Shown piece by piece: positions 24,378 through 36,499 of a DNA stretch of 64,000 nucleotides. The notes under the pieces were generated by a model that did no database searches, had not been told where the DNA came from, and was given only the letters and a program-made list of their open reading frames with translations. A program made the position numbers and the translations under genes. Within the stretch, counting starts at the first letter, position 1, and each line of letters starts with the position of its first letter. This DNA is from Blepharisma stoltei ATCC 30299 (lineage: Eukaryota > Protista > Ciliophora): NCBI GenBank assembly GCA_965603825.1, contig CBFDEM010000046.1, forward strand, positions 124,001 to 188,000, written 5' to 3'.

Positions 24378-25658
24378 TTATATTCTGTGCTGATATGATC
24401 CAGCTTTAGTTATATAGCGGATCCACTTAGTAGGCTTATAATTGCTTTTTTCGATGACTCTTAAAAATCTGACTCGAAGGCCTGAAGAAGTAAACATAGG
24501 GACTTGGAAATCAATTGTTACGGGAGGCCGAGACCATGGCTTGTCACTGGTAGTGGGAACTAGATTGACTGAGCCTCTTAGCGTGTATTCACTGTCTCCA
24601 GGGAACCTTCTGATTCTCCACACAACTGCGCCTTGCTCAGGCTCAAGTCTAGCTTTTCCAGTGACTGCATAAATATTGGTTTTTCCTGAATTTTTTGGGA
24701 CTGGGATTTTTATTACCACGTTAGACGCAAACACATTCCTCTCAAAAAGTGCTTTAATTTTCAGCGAAATTTCTATCTTATTTTTATCATATTCATGCAC
24801 GATAGGAATGAGTTTAAACGGAAGATTCACGTTTTCTGTTACCCTATAAGTCATTAATTCAAAAACGCCATCAGGAGGGATAAAAGTAATTGATCTGTCT
24901 CTATCAAATTTCCCTAGTCTTACACATTGGTGGAATTTTATATCGTCAATAGCAATTCCTTTATCTCCAAGTACACTATTTCCATCTCCAGCCATTGCTA
25001 GCTTATCATTCATACCAAACTTGCATTCTGGCATAAAAGAAAGCTGACTTTTTACCATAATTTGCCCTTGGACTTCACTACGCAAAACAGTGCCTTGAGA
25101 TGAAACAAGTACATGTAGACTTTCAATAACATCTATATATACTTCATTATTTTTGTGCCTGATATTATCTGGACGCCAACTCGTAATTCCTGTCGCTTGA
25201 ATTAAAGCTCCTTGGATCTGATCATCTCTAATAGATTTCCTTAGCCCGCCTTGAGTAATGAATTGTTTTAACACCTCAGTCTCAGTCAGCTGGGGCAGGC
25301 CGAAATCCATAATTTCATCTAATAGCTCATAAATAAGCACGTAATTTTTTTTGATTGCATTTTCGTCAAACTCTCCATTAAAATAAGCCTTGAAAACCTC
25401 AACAGCTTTATACAGGAATTGCAGGATCATGGCGACGTTGATATTAGAAGCCGCTGCAGCAACCACAAAGATGTTGTTTTGGACTGTATGGATATAATGG
25501 ACGCCATTTAAATAGACGATCGGCTGTTCTGATGCTTCTTTAGCGGCTACCACCTGGGTACAGAACTGGGACACTTCAGTACGGCTGACGTCGTCACGAT
25601 ATGACCGGTAAATCAAGACTTCTCCACGAGAATTTAGAAATAATAAAGCACTAGCCAT
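24378..25658 (-). CDS. AP2M1: AP-2 complex mu subunit
   Basis: GEVLIYRSYRDD, YELLDEIMDFG, WRPDNIRHKNNEVYIDVIE, MPECKFGMNDK, FHQCVRL, FIPPDG, WSRPP, KWIRYITKAG. Confidence 0.93.
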   Translation of the reverse strand: MASALLFLNSRGEVLIYRSYRDDVSRTEVSQFCTQVVAAKEASEQPIVYLNGVHYIHTVQNNIFVVAAAASNINVAMILQFLYKAVEVFKAYFNGEFDENAIKKNYVLIYELLDEIMDFGLPQLTETEVLKQFITQGGLRKSIRDDQIQGALIQATGITSWRPDNIRHKNNEVYIDVIESLHVLVSSQGTVLRSEVQGQIMVKSQLSFMPECKFGMNDKLAMAGDGNSVLGDKGIAIDDIKFHQCVRLGKFDRDRSITFIPPDGVFELMTYRVTENVNLPFKLIPIVHEYDKNKIEISLKIKALFERNVFASNVVIKIPVPKNSGKTNIYAVTGKARLEPEQGAVVWRIRRFPGDSEYTLRGSVNLVPTTSDKPWSRPPVTIDFQVPMFTSSGLRVRFLRVIEKSNYKPTKWIRYITKAGSYQHRI

Positions 25659-25700
25659 TTCTTTATAAGAAAATTATAACTTGTCTATAAGAATCGTCAA

Positions 25701-26526
25701 TTAAACTAAGAAAATAACGTAAAACACAAAGAAAATCACAAAAATCATGAAAACCTTGATGCCTAAGTTCCTGTTGCTGGTGACGTTTTGGTGGTATTTT
25801 TCGATTTCCTGTTTTCCTTTTTCTAAATTTAATAAGGCTTGATCAGTATTCTGGTCAATTCTTTCTACCATAAGCTGCTGCTCGTGGACAATTAAAGCTA
25901 ATCTTTGGACCATCTGGGAGACTTCGGCCATTTGTTTTTCTACTTGTTCGACACTATCAGCTCTGGCTTGGAGTTCTGATAAATCATCAATTTGCTCTTG
26001 CACATTACCACCTATAGTATTCTTACTTTACTTCTAAAAAGCTTGGGGTGTCTCTTCTAGATAACTCTACTTCGTTGACAGAGGAAATTTCTTTTTGCTT
26101 AAGTTTATTGTCTTTGAGAAGCTTGGTTCTAGTTTGAAGCAGCTTTTGGAAATCTTTGATAAGGGATAGTAAACGCTGCTGGAGGATTTCTTTGATAATT
26201 TCAGCACATTCTCCACCTATTTGAACCCCTCGGACTTCTTCAAGCTTAATTTGGGACACTTTTATGCTGTCTTCAATTTGTTCGCTGAGTTGATGGATAC
26301 GAGAACTTTGATTATTGAAAAGCGTGTTTTGCTTTGTTAGTTTGAATAAAGAATTAAGCATTTTGTGGGTTTCGACTAAAGAAAAATGCAATTTTCCAGC
26401 TTCGTTCATAAAGTGGCTGTCACTCGCTGAAATTTCTGAAGGCTGAAAGCGCTCTTGATAAGCTGACTTTAGAGGAGCTTTATAAGTCTGAGTTATAAGA
26501 AGCAGCTGAGGTGTAATATCAGTCAT
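25701..26526 (-). CDS. Qa-SNARE syntaxin (Sed5/Stx5-like) with an unresolved frame break at ~26011-26031
   Basis: Habc-like N-terminal ORF plus a SNARE motif (VHEQQLMVERIDQNTDQA) and C-terminal TM; span is 3n+1. Confidence 0.8.
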
Positions 26527-26623
26527 TTTTATACAAAAATAATAAACAGCCCAAACTTATTTTTAAATACATTTTATATTTACCAAAAATAAACCAATTT
26601 ACTATTATAATTTTTTATTATTA

Positions 26624-29563
26624 TTAAGCTAAAACCTGCAGGTTCGGGCATCTCAATCTTATGCTGTCTTGTGGACTAATATAAGCTTCATCCCTCATAT
26701 ATCCAATTATTTTCCTGAAGCACTCATCAAGACATTCAAGCTCTTCAAAACTTTCAAAATAAGGTGTATTTCGCTTATAAAGCTGGAAAAGCTTGCTCAG
26801 TCCTACAGGCTCTCTAGGCTCAGATCTGGGTGGGAGCTCTACAGACTCATTTTTTACTATTTGGGAGTCATGGATTTCTTCATTTTCTTCGTCACTTTTT
26901 TTCTCTTCAACCTCTTCTTCTTCACCATTTGCAACCTTGGGGGGAGGATAATGAACGACTGGGATGTACTCAATTTCAACGTTTTGTGCGGATTTTCTGT
27001 TACAAATTCGAATTACACTGATGATCTCGCCGAGTTTTTCTTCGAGGGTAAGGAAGGTGTCCATGCCTCGAGGGTACTCGTAAGGGTCTTCGGTTGAGCT
27101 GAAATGGGATAATAGGATTAATTGAGATCTGTAGGGGAGATATTTGGCTAAATAATCCTGGATTAATGAAAATTTCAATGATAATGGAAGCTGGATATGC
27201 TGAGATCTCATAGTCTGGATCAAATTTCCACGCTCTGAAAGTGTATTAATTTCTTCTGTAATCACAGATTCCATATTCACATGGAAAATATCATAATTTA
27301 TGCACAAATTTTCGATATAATTTTCATAGTTTTTGTGGCAATCTCCATCCACTATAATGAATTTTTTGCTGAAAATTGAGTTTAGGTACTCTTTTGTTTT
27401 AGAAATCGTTTTTGAAGTATCAATCTGATAATAAATTTTAGTTTTCCAGCTATCTGGATCTAGTTCATGCTCATAGGCGACTTTCAACGAATCCAGCCAC
27501 CCTAAAAATGGGTTTTCTTTTGCTGCTGAATCTTTAAACATCTCATGGTGTTCTTCTGTCAGTTCATCTTCTTCACCCAGCTCCAAGCTCACAAACAGTC
27601 TTTTTTCTAAAATAGGAAGATCAGTTACAGTATGCAGAACTGCATAAGGTTTCCCCATAGCTGCTATAAACTCATCTTTAATTCTATTGAAATATTCCAC
27701 ATTTTTATCTTTTTCTATCACTTCTTCATCTTCTTCATTTTCCTCTTTTTTTTCTTCTTCTGCGTCTAAAACCATAGTATCTGGAGGAAATCCGTCTAAT
27801 AAAATAACTGCATTTGGCTTAGAAGATTGGAAAACTAATTCTTCTATTATATCATGCCAGGTAACATTTTCATAGGGTTCTTCTTCGGTGCTTTTTTTAG
27901 CTTTAATTTGTTCTGGGAGCTCTTCATAATTAATAAGCTTATATTTGTGGTGCTCTGCTAGGTATTTAGCTATAGTGGATTTTCCAGTTAAATATTGTCC
28001 TAATACCACAATCCATTTTCCTTTTTTTCTATTAATTCGCTCTTGGAGGTCATGCTCAAAATATCTTAACCTCTCTTCTTCTGATAAGGCTGGGTTATAA
28101 TAAATTTTGCTTAATCTGTTGTCTTTGGCGAGGCAGGTGTCGATGTCTTCTTTGTCGAGCTCAGACATAGAGAAATCATTGGGGTTGTTAATTATATGGT
28201 AAATTTTGTTTATTTTTGCACAGTCTTTTTCGAAGAATTTTAGCTCTTTTACACTGGCTGGGAATTTTCCTTTGATAATGAATTTTTTGCCAAAGCTGGA
28301 ACCGTTGTATAAGGAGTCTTGGATTAAGCTGACTAGCAATTTTTTAGGGACGATTTTTCCGTTTTCTATATGTTGCATGATATTTTTGCCTTTGGGGGTT
28401 TGCCTTTTACATATCAAAGTCATTGATTCTTGTAAATTTACATCAGTGAATCCTAGCCCATGCAAATAATTAGAAAAACTTCCATCTTGGTCTTTTCTTA
28501 TTATCACTACTTCTGGCTCCATATGGCTTGAAATCTGTTTCATCGAATTTTCTACCGTCAAATTTGCATTAATTTTAGCGAAATTTGGCTTTTTTTCTAA
28601 TGCGTCTATAACTGGGGACATTTTTTTCATATAGCTTAAATACTCAACATTTATGTTAGGATTTGTCGATCTTTGCATTAGTTCTTCTTTATATAAGGCA
28701 ATATAAAATATTTTCTTAGGTTTTGCATAAGCAAGCTCAAATTGTTTTAAATTGTAAAGAGTAGTTGGGAACCCTTCAATTAGGAATCTCATAGAGCTGG
28801 TCCTTTCCATTGTTTGCATAACTCTGGAGGATATAGAGTTGTCGTCTGTAATCCTTACAGGTCTTCCACTGACATCTTTGTCCCAAACAATGCTTTCTAA
28901 ATCAATAAATTGTAAGTTGTATTTTTCGGCCATTTTGGACCCGATTGTGGACTTTCCACAGCCAGGAGCACCTATGATGAAGAAGACTTCTGGCCTTATG
29001 GCAAGTTTGAATTTCTTGAAAGAAACCTCTGGTGTTCCGATTGCTTCTGTTTCTTTGACAGCTCCAAATTGTTTATAAAATTCAATGATTTCGTGTTTTT
29101 GGTTTAAATAGTGCTCAATTTGTTCTAAATTTTTATTTCTACCTTGCAGCTGTTCAAAATAAGCTTGTTTATCATTAATAGCAAAATGAACAATCAGCTT
29201 TATTTCTGCGACTCTTTTCTCGAACTCCAAAGCTTCATCTAAGCTTTTCAAAAATCCTGAAATTATGTATGAGTGGTTTGGGTTGATAGAAATTTCTCTT
29301 GAAAGCAAACTTACTCTAATATCTTTAGAAGGAACATGACCTGCTTTAAGCATTTTTTCTATTTGTTGGCCATCTTCACTTCCTCGTTTGATTTCTGCTT
29401 GCATTAAAGCTTTCATTGAAATGTGGTAGCAGCCTTGCTCAGAGCTTAGCCTTTCTGCTTGAGTTTTTTTCCCAGAAGATGGAGGACCGTGAAGAAATAT
29501 GATTTTTGGGCTTGGAAAGGCATTAGAAAAAACTGGATTTTTGTGAGTAACTGTTCTTTCCAT
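26624..29563 (-). CDS. Multi-domain adenylate kinase-like protein (ciliary AK type)
   Basis: P-loops GPPSSGKKT, GAPGCGKST, GQYLTGKST; IEGFP/LDGFP motifs. Confidence 0.85.
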   Translation of the reverse strand: MERTVTHKNPVFSNAFPSPKIIFLHGPPSSGKKTQAERLSSEQGCYHISMKALMQAEIKRGSEDGQQIEKMLKAGHVPSKDIRVSLLSREISINPNHSYIISGFLKSLDEALEFEKRVAEIKLIVHFAINDKQAYFEQLQGRNKNLEQIEHYLNQKHEIIEFYKQFGAVKETEAIGTPEVSFKKFKLAIRPEVFFIIGAPGCGKSTIGSKMAEKYNLQFIDLESIVWDKDVSGRPVRITDDNSISSRVMQTMERTSSMRFLIEGFPTTLYNLKQFELAYAKPKKIFYIALYKEELMQRSTNPNINVEYLSYMKKMSPVIDALEKKPNFAKINANLTVENSMKQISSHMEPEVVIIRKDQDGSFSNYLHGLGFTDVNLQESMTLICKRQTPKGKNIMQHIENGKIVPKKLLVSLIQDSLYNGSSFGKKFIIKGKFPASVKELKFFEKDCAKINKIYHIINNPNDFSMSELDKEDIDTCLAKDNRLSKIYYNPALSEEERLRYFEHDLQERINRKKGKWIVVLGQYLTGKSTIAKYLAEHHKYKLINYEELPEQIKAKKSTEEEPYENVTWHDIIEELVFQSSKPNAVILLDGFPPDTMVLDAEEEKKEENEEDEEVIEKDKNVEYFNRIKDEFIAAMGKPYAVLHTVTDLPILEKRLFVSLELGEEDELTEEHHEMFKDSAAKENPFLGWLDSLKVAYEHELDPDSWKTKIYYQIDTSKTISKTKEYLNSIFSKKFIIVDGDCHKNYENYIENLCINYDIFHVNMESVITEEINTLSERGNLIQTMRSQHIQLPLSLKFSLIQDYLAKYLPYRSQLILLSHFSSTEDPYEYPRGMDTFLTLEEKLGEIISVIRICNRKSAQNVEIEYIPVVHYPPPKVANGEEEEVEEKKSDEENEEIHDSQIVKNESVELPPRSEPREPVGLSKLFQLYKRNTPYFESFEELECLDECFRKIIGYMRDEAYISPQDSIRLRCPNLQVLA

Positions 29564-29987
29564 TTATATAATCTAAAAGGATTATCAAATTAAATTAGAA
29601 GAAATAATCAAGAATTTAATTATCATAAATTCAATTTTAAAGGAATATTTTTAATTATTTTTCTTCATAAATAATCCGACTTATTCATAATAAAAAATAT
29701 AATTATTTTAGTATTTTTAATAAATGCACAAAAGAATGGAGTTTTCAATGAAACAAATTAATAATAAAGTTATCTATAATAGGCTAAATATAAATTTCTA
29801 AATTCTTTTTATTTGGAGAGCAATTAAGATTGCTTAATTTTGAAATAAAAATGGAAATTGTTTTCTGATGATTATTAATAGCAAAAAAGCTCTAAATTTT
29901 TGTATGTTAGATATACTTTATAGTAATGTAAAAAATAGGAACAATTATTAGAAGATAAATTAAGAAAATTTATATATATATAATTTA

Positions 29988-31130
29988 ATGCTATTAGAAA
30001 AAAAACTTCTAATGGAGAATGATCAAATCTTAAACATCAACCCTGCATTTAAGCATTTATTAGATAAATGCAATATCAACCCAAGCCATTTAAGATCCAA
30101 CAGTTTCGACATACCCCAGCCAATCAGAAACCAGCAGAGAATTAATTTGCATTTTGTGTCAAAATCAATAAATTCAATTCCAAAGACTAAAATGTCCAAA
30201 AATGAGTGCACAATAAAGTTTAAACCTGAAGATCTTACCTCAATTAAAATTGCAATAAAAGACACATTTAATACAAATAAAACTTGTAAATTAGAAAATT
30301 CTGATGAAAATTATAATGCAACAGAGTCTATACCAACTGAAAATACACAAGAAGAAAAGCCAAAAATAGAAGAAAAATCAATATTAAAATTAAAAGAAAA
30401 TGCAGTAGATGACATGAAAAATACTATATCTTACAAGGAGCTAATAAATTACAAAACTGGGGACTTAAAAAAGAGGAAAAAAACAGTTCACATAGCACAA
30501 GACCCTTTTTCTTACCCAAACTTAAAACATGAACAAAACAGTATTGTATTCGCTAGACCATTTACTACCACAGCAAAGAACCCTTACAAAATGTCTTTTA
30601 CAGAGTATTGTTATTGGGACAATTCACATAATAATACTATTAGCAGATCCAAACCAAAGAAAAAAACTATTGGAAAGCCCAAAAAAATTTGCAGAAACAT
30701 CACAACACCTCCAGTCCACAAAATTTTTGATTCTTTAGGGCTGGTCAAATTAAGTGAAAAATTAAAAATTGGCAAAACAAATAGAAGCTCAAGTGAAATA
30801 AGACCTAGACAAGTAGCCAGAAATGCAGATGATGCCAATAAAAGCTATAATCATATCATAGAAACCTGTGAAAAAGAACATTTTATTTATAAATCGTTTG
30901 TAAAAGGGTTTAAACAAGAAGGCGAATCAATTGTAAATAAATTCAGAAGATTGAACCAAGAAAATTCAAGTGAAAAAATGAAGCTAAAAATATGAGAAAA
31001 AGAAGAAATTGTGAAATATAAGAAAAATCTTAATGAGATGACAAAAACACAAATGCTAGCTTTTAAATCGATAAATGAGAGAAGGATTTCGAAATGCAGC
31101 AATAGCGATAAATTACTGCTGCATCTATAA
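29988..31130 (+). CDS. Hypothetical Lys-rich protein
   Basis: 335-aa ORF ends in TGA; reading on gives 44 more residues to TAA at 31128-31130. Confidence 0.65.
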
Positions 31131-31459
31131 TAAATTAATTATATTAATAATCATTAATTTTTTAAATTTTTCCCATAGGTTTGAGGATGCTAAAACATTT
31201 CATTATATTGATAAAAGATGATTCAAATTTTTGTTAAAGGTCTTAAACAATTATTCATTAAGATTTCGATAATTACACTTTCTTATATATTAAAGGACTG
31301 AATATTATCTTCGTTTATCGAATAGGGCAAAGAAAGAATCTTATAATTTAAAAAATTCCCTTTAAATCGGAGTGAGCAGAGTTATTTATCTAATGAACCT
31401 ATTTAGAAGTTTATTAAAAACATAATGATCAACAAGAAAGAATAAGCTATAAATGATAA

Positions 31460-32640
31460 TTTTAAACAGGCTTAATCTTTTCAACCTCTTTTTCCTTCAT
31501 ATCAAATTGATATAGCTCAAAATTACGAGATGTGAAATAAACTTTATTTTGCCAAGTTACTTTATTTCCAATCATCTCGCAATTTTCAATGATAGATGAG
31601 CTACTTACAATATTTCAGCTTTTTCATTCATGATTGCTTTCATAAATATTTCTTCCTGTTTCGATCACATAAGCATTTTTATAATTTCCACATACAATTT
31701 TTCTAAATAGTCCTTGCTGTATATTATACAGTTCAATGCAGCTTTGCTTATATATATCATAGCAATATATCTTTGAGTGCTCCCTTCCTGATAGCAAAAT
31801 TTTGTTTTTTTTAGCAATGCAAGCTACATGTGAAGATGGAATTGGCAAAGATTCCAAGTTTTCTCATTTTTCTTTTAATAAATCATATTTAAATACATTG
31901 CCTGCATAGCTTCCGTTTCATCCTCCTAATATATAAACACAATCTTTATAATAAATTAAGCCTGAACATGATTATTTATGAGGTGCATTTTTTACCTTTC
32001 TTATTGTATTATCGGACTCAATAATAAATACAGAGTCTGTAGAGTTTGGATAATCTCCATAGCAAAAAATTGAATTTTCAGGCATCGAACACATAGATAT
32101 AAACATACTTTTGGGACTATCCAATGGAAGGTGAAATTCAGATGATGAATAATTAGATAAATTTATCCTCACAATCTTTTGGGAATTATCTCTAAAAAAT
32201 TCATTTTGATTAGACTCTTCTTTAGGATTTTGTTCTTCGATACGTAAATTTGAGGCATCAAGTATATTTTGATTTGGATTCGATATAATTTCTGCCGAAA
32301 GAAATTTAATAATCATGTTCCGTTGCTCTTTTATAGCTTTGTCAAATGATTTTAAGGTAATTTCCATCTGTTTATTAAGCTGCATGATCTGTGCTGATAA
32401 GTCTTTTACAATTTTTTGTTTGGATTTATATAAATGCGATATTGATTTGTGGAGATGATTAATAAGCTTACGCTTGGCTATAGGATTTGGTATTATTATT
32501 ATTTGCTCTGGAAAATTTTGGGAGTTTGTGTGAATTTTAAGATGCTCCTCAATATGAGAATCGCATAAATAAATAGGAGGATCTGTACATGTGCATAAAA
32601 ACTCAAGCTTATGCTTACAATGGTCTCTCCAACATTTCAT
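31460..32640 (-). pseudogene. ZnF-coiled coil-Kelch-like array copy 1 (divergent, frameshifted)
   Basis: MKCWRDHC..FLCTC..YLCDSHIEEH; break at ~31972; 3' boundary approximate. Confidence 0.7.
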
Positions 32641-32789
32641 TTTATTTGATAAACTTTAATTAATTTCTCAATATTAGTGGCTAATTGTATGTATATTGTA
32701 TCAGCCAGATTAGTAATAAATGTTGAGCATAAAAATTACATTGGAATTTGAAGAATCAAAATGATCTAAAATTACATAATAAAATATTG

Positions 32790-34089
32790 TTAAATTGTTT
32801 TAATCTTCTGAATTTTCTTTTCTCTTAAGTCAAACTCATATAAATTATAATTGCTAAACGCAAAATAAACCTTACCTTGTCATCTCACTTTGCATCCAAT
32901 CAGCGGGGTATTTTCAATTTCTGAGCTTCCTAATTCTTTCCACATCATCCATTCAAAATCGCTTTCATAATCACTTTCATAAATATTTCCGCATGCTTCT
33001 ATCACATAATAGTTCTTTCTATTTCCACATAAAATTTTGGTATAGTTTGCTTTAACACTTTGCAGTTCAGTGTAATTATTTTGAATTATATCATAGCAAT
33101 ATGTCTTTGAGTGCTCCCTTCCGGATAATCATATTTTTTTTTCTGCAAAAGATACGAATGAAGAAAAAGCTGGCATAATGTTTAAATTTTTCCAAGTGCC
33201 ATTTTTTAAACTATACTTGGATGCGTGAATTGTAGCCATACTTGATCATCCTCCAAAAATATAGACGCCATTCTTATAATAAATTGAGCTAGAACCCACT
33301 AAGCTAGTCGGAGCATTAGATACCTGACTTACATTATTATTTTCTTCAATAATAAACGCAGTAAAATTTCCATAGCAAAAATTTGCATTTCCAAAGATTA
33401 AGCACATTGATATATACTGGCTTTGAATATGATCCAACGAGATACTATACTCGGTTGATGAGTAATTATTTAAATGTGATTTTACAATTTTCATCGTCCG
33501 ATCACGAAACACTATAAATTCATTTGATTCGCCTAAAATTATTTTTCAATTAATTTTCCTTCATTATTAATAAAGAACTTTGACTCATTGAAAACATCAA
33601 AAAAATTTTTAAGCCTTTCTATTGATTCTTCTGGCTTTAGAGTCAAAATTTTATTGATTTTGCTATCATTTAGTTTCGATATAACTTCGATTGAGTTTAT
33701 TAGAAAAATTATCTCACAGTGGCTTTTAATGGTTTCGTTAAAAGATTTCAGTGTATTTTTTTATTGTTTCATTGAGAAGCTTAATTTGCATTGATCAGTC
33801 TGAAATAGTTTTTCGCTTGAATTCATAAAGATTTGATAGTGATATGCGAAGATATAGTAATTGCCCGAGGATGGCGCAAGATAGCGCCATCCTCGGGCAA
33901 TTACAATAGTCAATAAGTGCTTTCTTAGCTATTTCATTTGGTATAATTGCTAAGACTCAGGCTTATGACCAAGTTTAGATCTAATTTTAAGATGTCTGCT
34001 AATATGAAAATCGCATGAATAAATTGCAGGGGTTGTACATGGCATACAAATTCCATAATGTTCGTATAATTTTCTTTTCAGCACCTCAT
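32790..34089 (-). pseudogene. Array copy 2 (frameshifts; carries palindromic insertion)
   Basis: ATG AGG TGC TGA start, early 1-nt deletion, YIFGG Kelch motif, TAA at 32790. Confidence 0.75.
33853..33908. mobile_element. TA-flanked palindromic insertion (MITE/IES-like), 54 bp plus duplicated TA
   Basis: Perfect 21-bp arms GTAATTGCCCGAGGATGGCGC / GCGCCATCCTCGGGCAATTAC, 6-nt loop, TA on both sides; absent from all alignable paralogs. Confidence 0.75.
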
Positions 34090-34347
34090 TTTATCGTTAT
34101 AGAATTAAAGCATTCTGAATATACAAGTAAAATAATAATTTTAAAAAATTGATTGCTAATCGACAATGAAAGGAAAAAGCATCTTTAATTTAAAAGAGGA
34201 GTCAGTGGCATGAAATTCAATATTTAGAAATATTACTAATAATTGAGTATTATATATGCCCATATTATTAGTAGCGCACAATTCAAATTTTTAAATATAT
34301 TTTCTAATATGCACTAAGCCATAGTTATTGATCTCTAATGAAATCTT

Positions 34348-35610
34348 TTAAATATTTTTTATTTTTTTGCATCTCTTTTCTTTCATATCAAATTCATAGA
34401 AATTATTAGTGCAAAAAGCAAAATAAGCTTTATTTTGCCATAAAACTGTGCATCCAATTAAGACATTATTTTCAGTTCCTGAACTGCCTATTGTGCTCCA
34501 ATAATTTCATTCTTGATTTCCTTCATAAATGTATCCACCTGCTTCTATCACATAAGCATTTTTATTATTTTCACATATAATTTTTCTTCATATTCCTGCT
34601 TGAATGTTATGCAGCTCAATATAACTATTTTGAATAATATCATAGCAATAGATCTTTGAGTGCTCTCTGCCAGATAGTAAAATCTTATTATTTTTAGCAA
34701 TGCATGATACAAATGTGGATTTAGCTGGCAAAGGATTCAGGTTTTCTCATTTGTTTTCTAAAAAATAGTATCTATACGCATTATTTACATGAGCTTGTCC
34801 TGTATATCCTCCAAAAACATAAACACTCTTATTATAATAAATTGAACCACTGACACCCAGTTTATCGGGCGCATCAATTACTTTCTTAACATTAGTATTC
34901 GAATCAATAATAAATGCATTTGCAGTATTTGGATAATTTCCACAGCAAAAAACTGAGTTTCCTGGAATAATACACATAGTTGTATAAACACTTTGTGGAC
35001 TGTTCAATGAGATATTCAATTCAGTCGATGAATAATTATTATTTAAATCTGTTTGCACAATTTTTGTTGAATTATCGCGGAAAATAATAAATCTATTTGA
35101 TTCAATCATTAAAGGCACTTTTGTTAATTTTCCTGTATCATCTATAAAGAATTTGGATCTATCAAAAATATCAAAAGAATCTTTAAGTAGGTTAATTGCT
35201 TCTTCTGGCTCTGCAACCAGTATTTTATCTATTTGAGTCTTTCTGAAATTAGATATTACTTCTACTATCTGTATTTCAGAAATTATTTTGCGTTGATTTT
35301 TTATAGAATCGTCAAATGATTTCAATGCAATTTTCATTTTCTCATTAATTTGCTTAATTTGCATTGAAAAATCTAAAACAGTTTTTTTTCTTAACTCATA
35401 TAAATCTGATAGCGACTTATGAAGGCAATCAATAAGAGCTCTTTTTGTTTCTGGATTTGGTGAAATTGTTAAGGGATCTGGAAGATGCCTAGATCGAGAC
35501 GCAGTTTTCATATGGGCAGCAATATGTGTATCACATGAATAAACAGGAGGATCTGTGCATGGGCAAGCAAATTCCAACTTGCTTTCGCATTGGTCTTTTC
35601 AGCACTTCAT
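34348..35610 (-). CDS. Array copy 3, intact (420 aa): Cys/His Zn finger, coiled coil, Kelch-like beta-propeller
   Basis: Single frame with TGA=Trp from MKCWKDQC to TAA at 34348; VYVFGG...YRYYFLENKW Kelch signature. Confidence 0.85.
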
Positions 35611-36499
35611 TTTATAAATTATTGCATTATCTGATTTTATGGATAATTTCTTTTGCGACTTATTAAATAGATTTAGGTTCGAAAGTCTTAGTTATGAAGC
35701 TTTATCAATATCAATAATTTTTCATCGAGCGTATTTGCAATTATTTTTTAATATGGCTTGATTAAGTTCTTCAAAGTAAATCGTTTACAAATATAATAAA
35801 ATTATTTTTATTTAATTTCTTTAACCCCTTGCTTGGCTAAATTTTTGAACAGAAATTTTCTATGCTTGGGAAAAAATTCCAATTAGAATTTAAAGATGAC
35901 ATGGTTGCAGCAATTAACAATTTAAGCACTATATTTTTATGCTTAGAGAGATGCTTGATTTTCTATGACTTGCTTTTTATATAAGACAAAACATTATTAT
36001 ATTTATTCATGCTGATTGCTATTATTATAATGAAATAACTATAGACTACTATATTGATCAATTTTTTCCTCAAATATCCGCCTTGCTTTAATTATTTCTC
36101 AATGCATTAATTTTGTTATTTATTTTTTCAATCCACTTTCCAATCTTTGTTTTAAAACCTCCTAAAATATTCAACTAAAAATATAATTTTACTTAAAGGA
36201 AAATGTTAAATCAAAATTATATATAAAAATAAGAATGATGGATTTTGATATTGAAGACCAAGTATCAAATTTTTATTTAATTAGAGAGAATTGCAAAGAA
36301 TAGCTAGCTACTGAACTCAAATGAATTTAAGTGAATTTGATTCTTTGAAGGCCAAAAGTCTTTACAGTTAATTTCTGTAAAAATTATTATTATTATTAAG
36401 CATTATATATGCCCATATTAACAGTAGCGCACAATTCAAATTTTTAAATGTATTTTTAATATGCACTAAGTTATAGTTATTGATCTCTAATGAACTCTT

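Noticed and set aside
31095-31123. Short imperfect inverted repeat TGCAGCAATA/TACTGCTGCA
   Set aside because: Within coding sequence and short enough to be chance.
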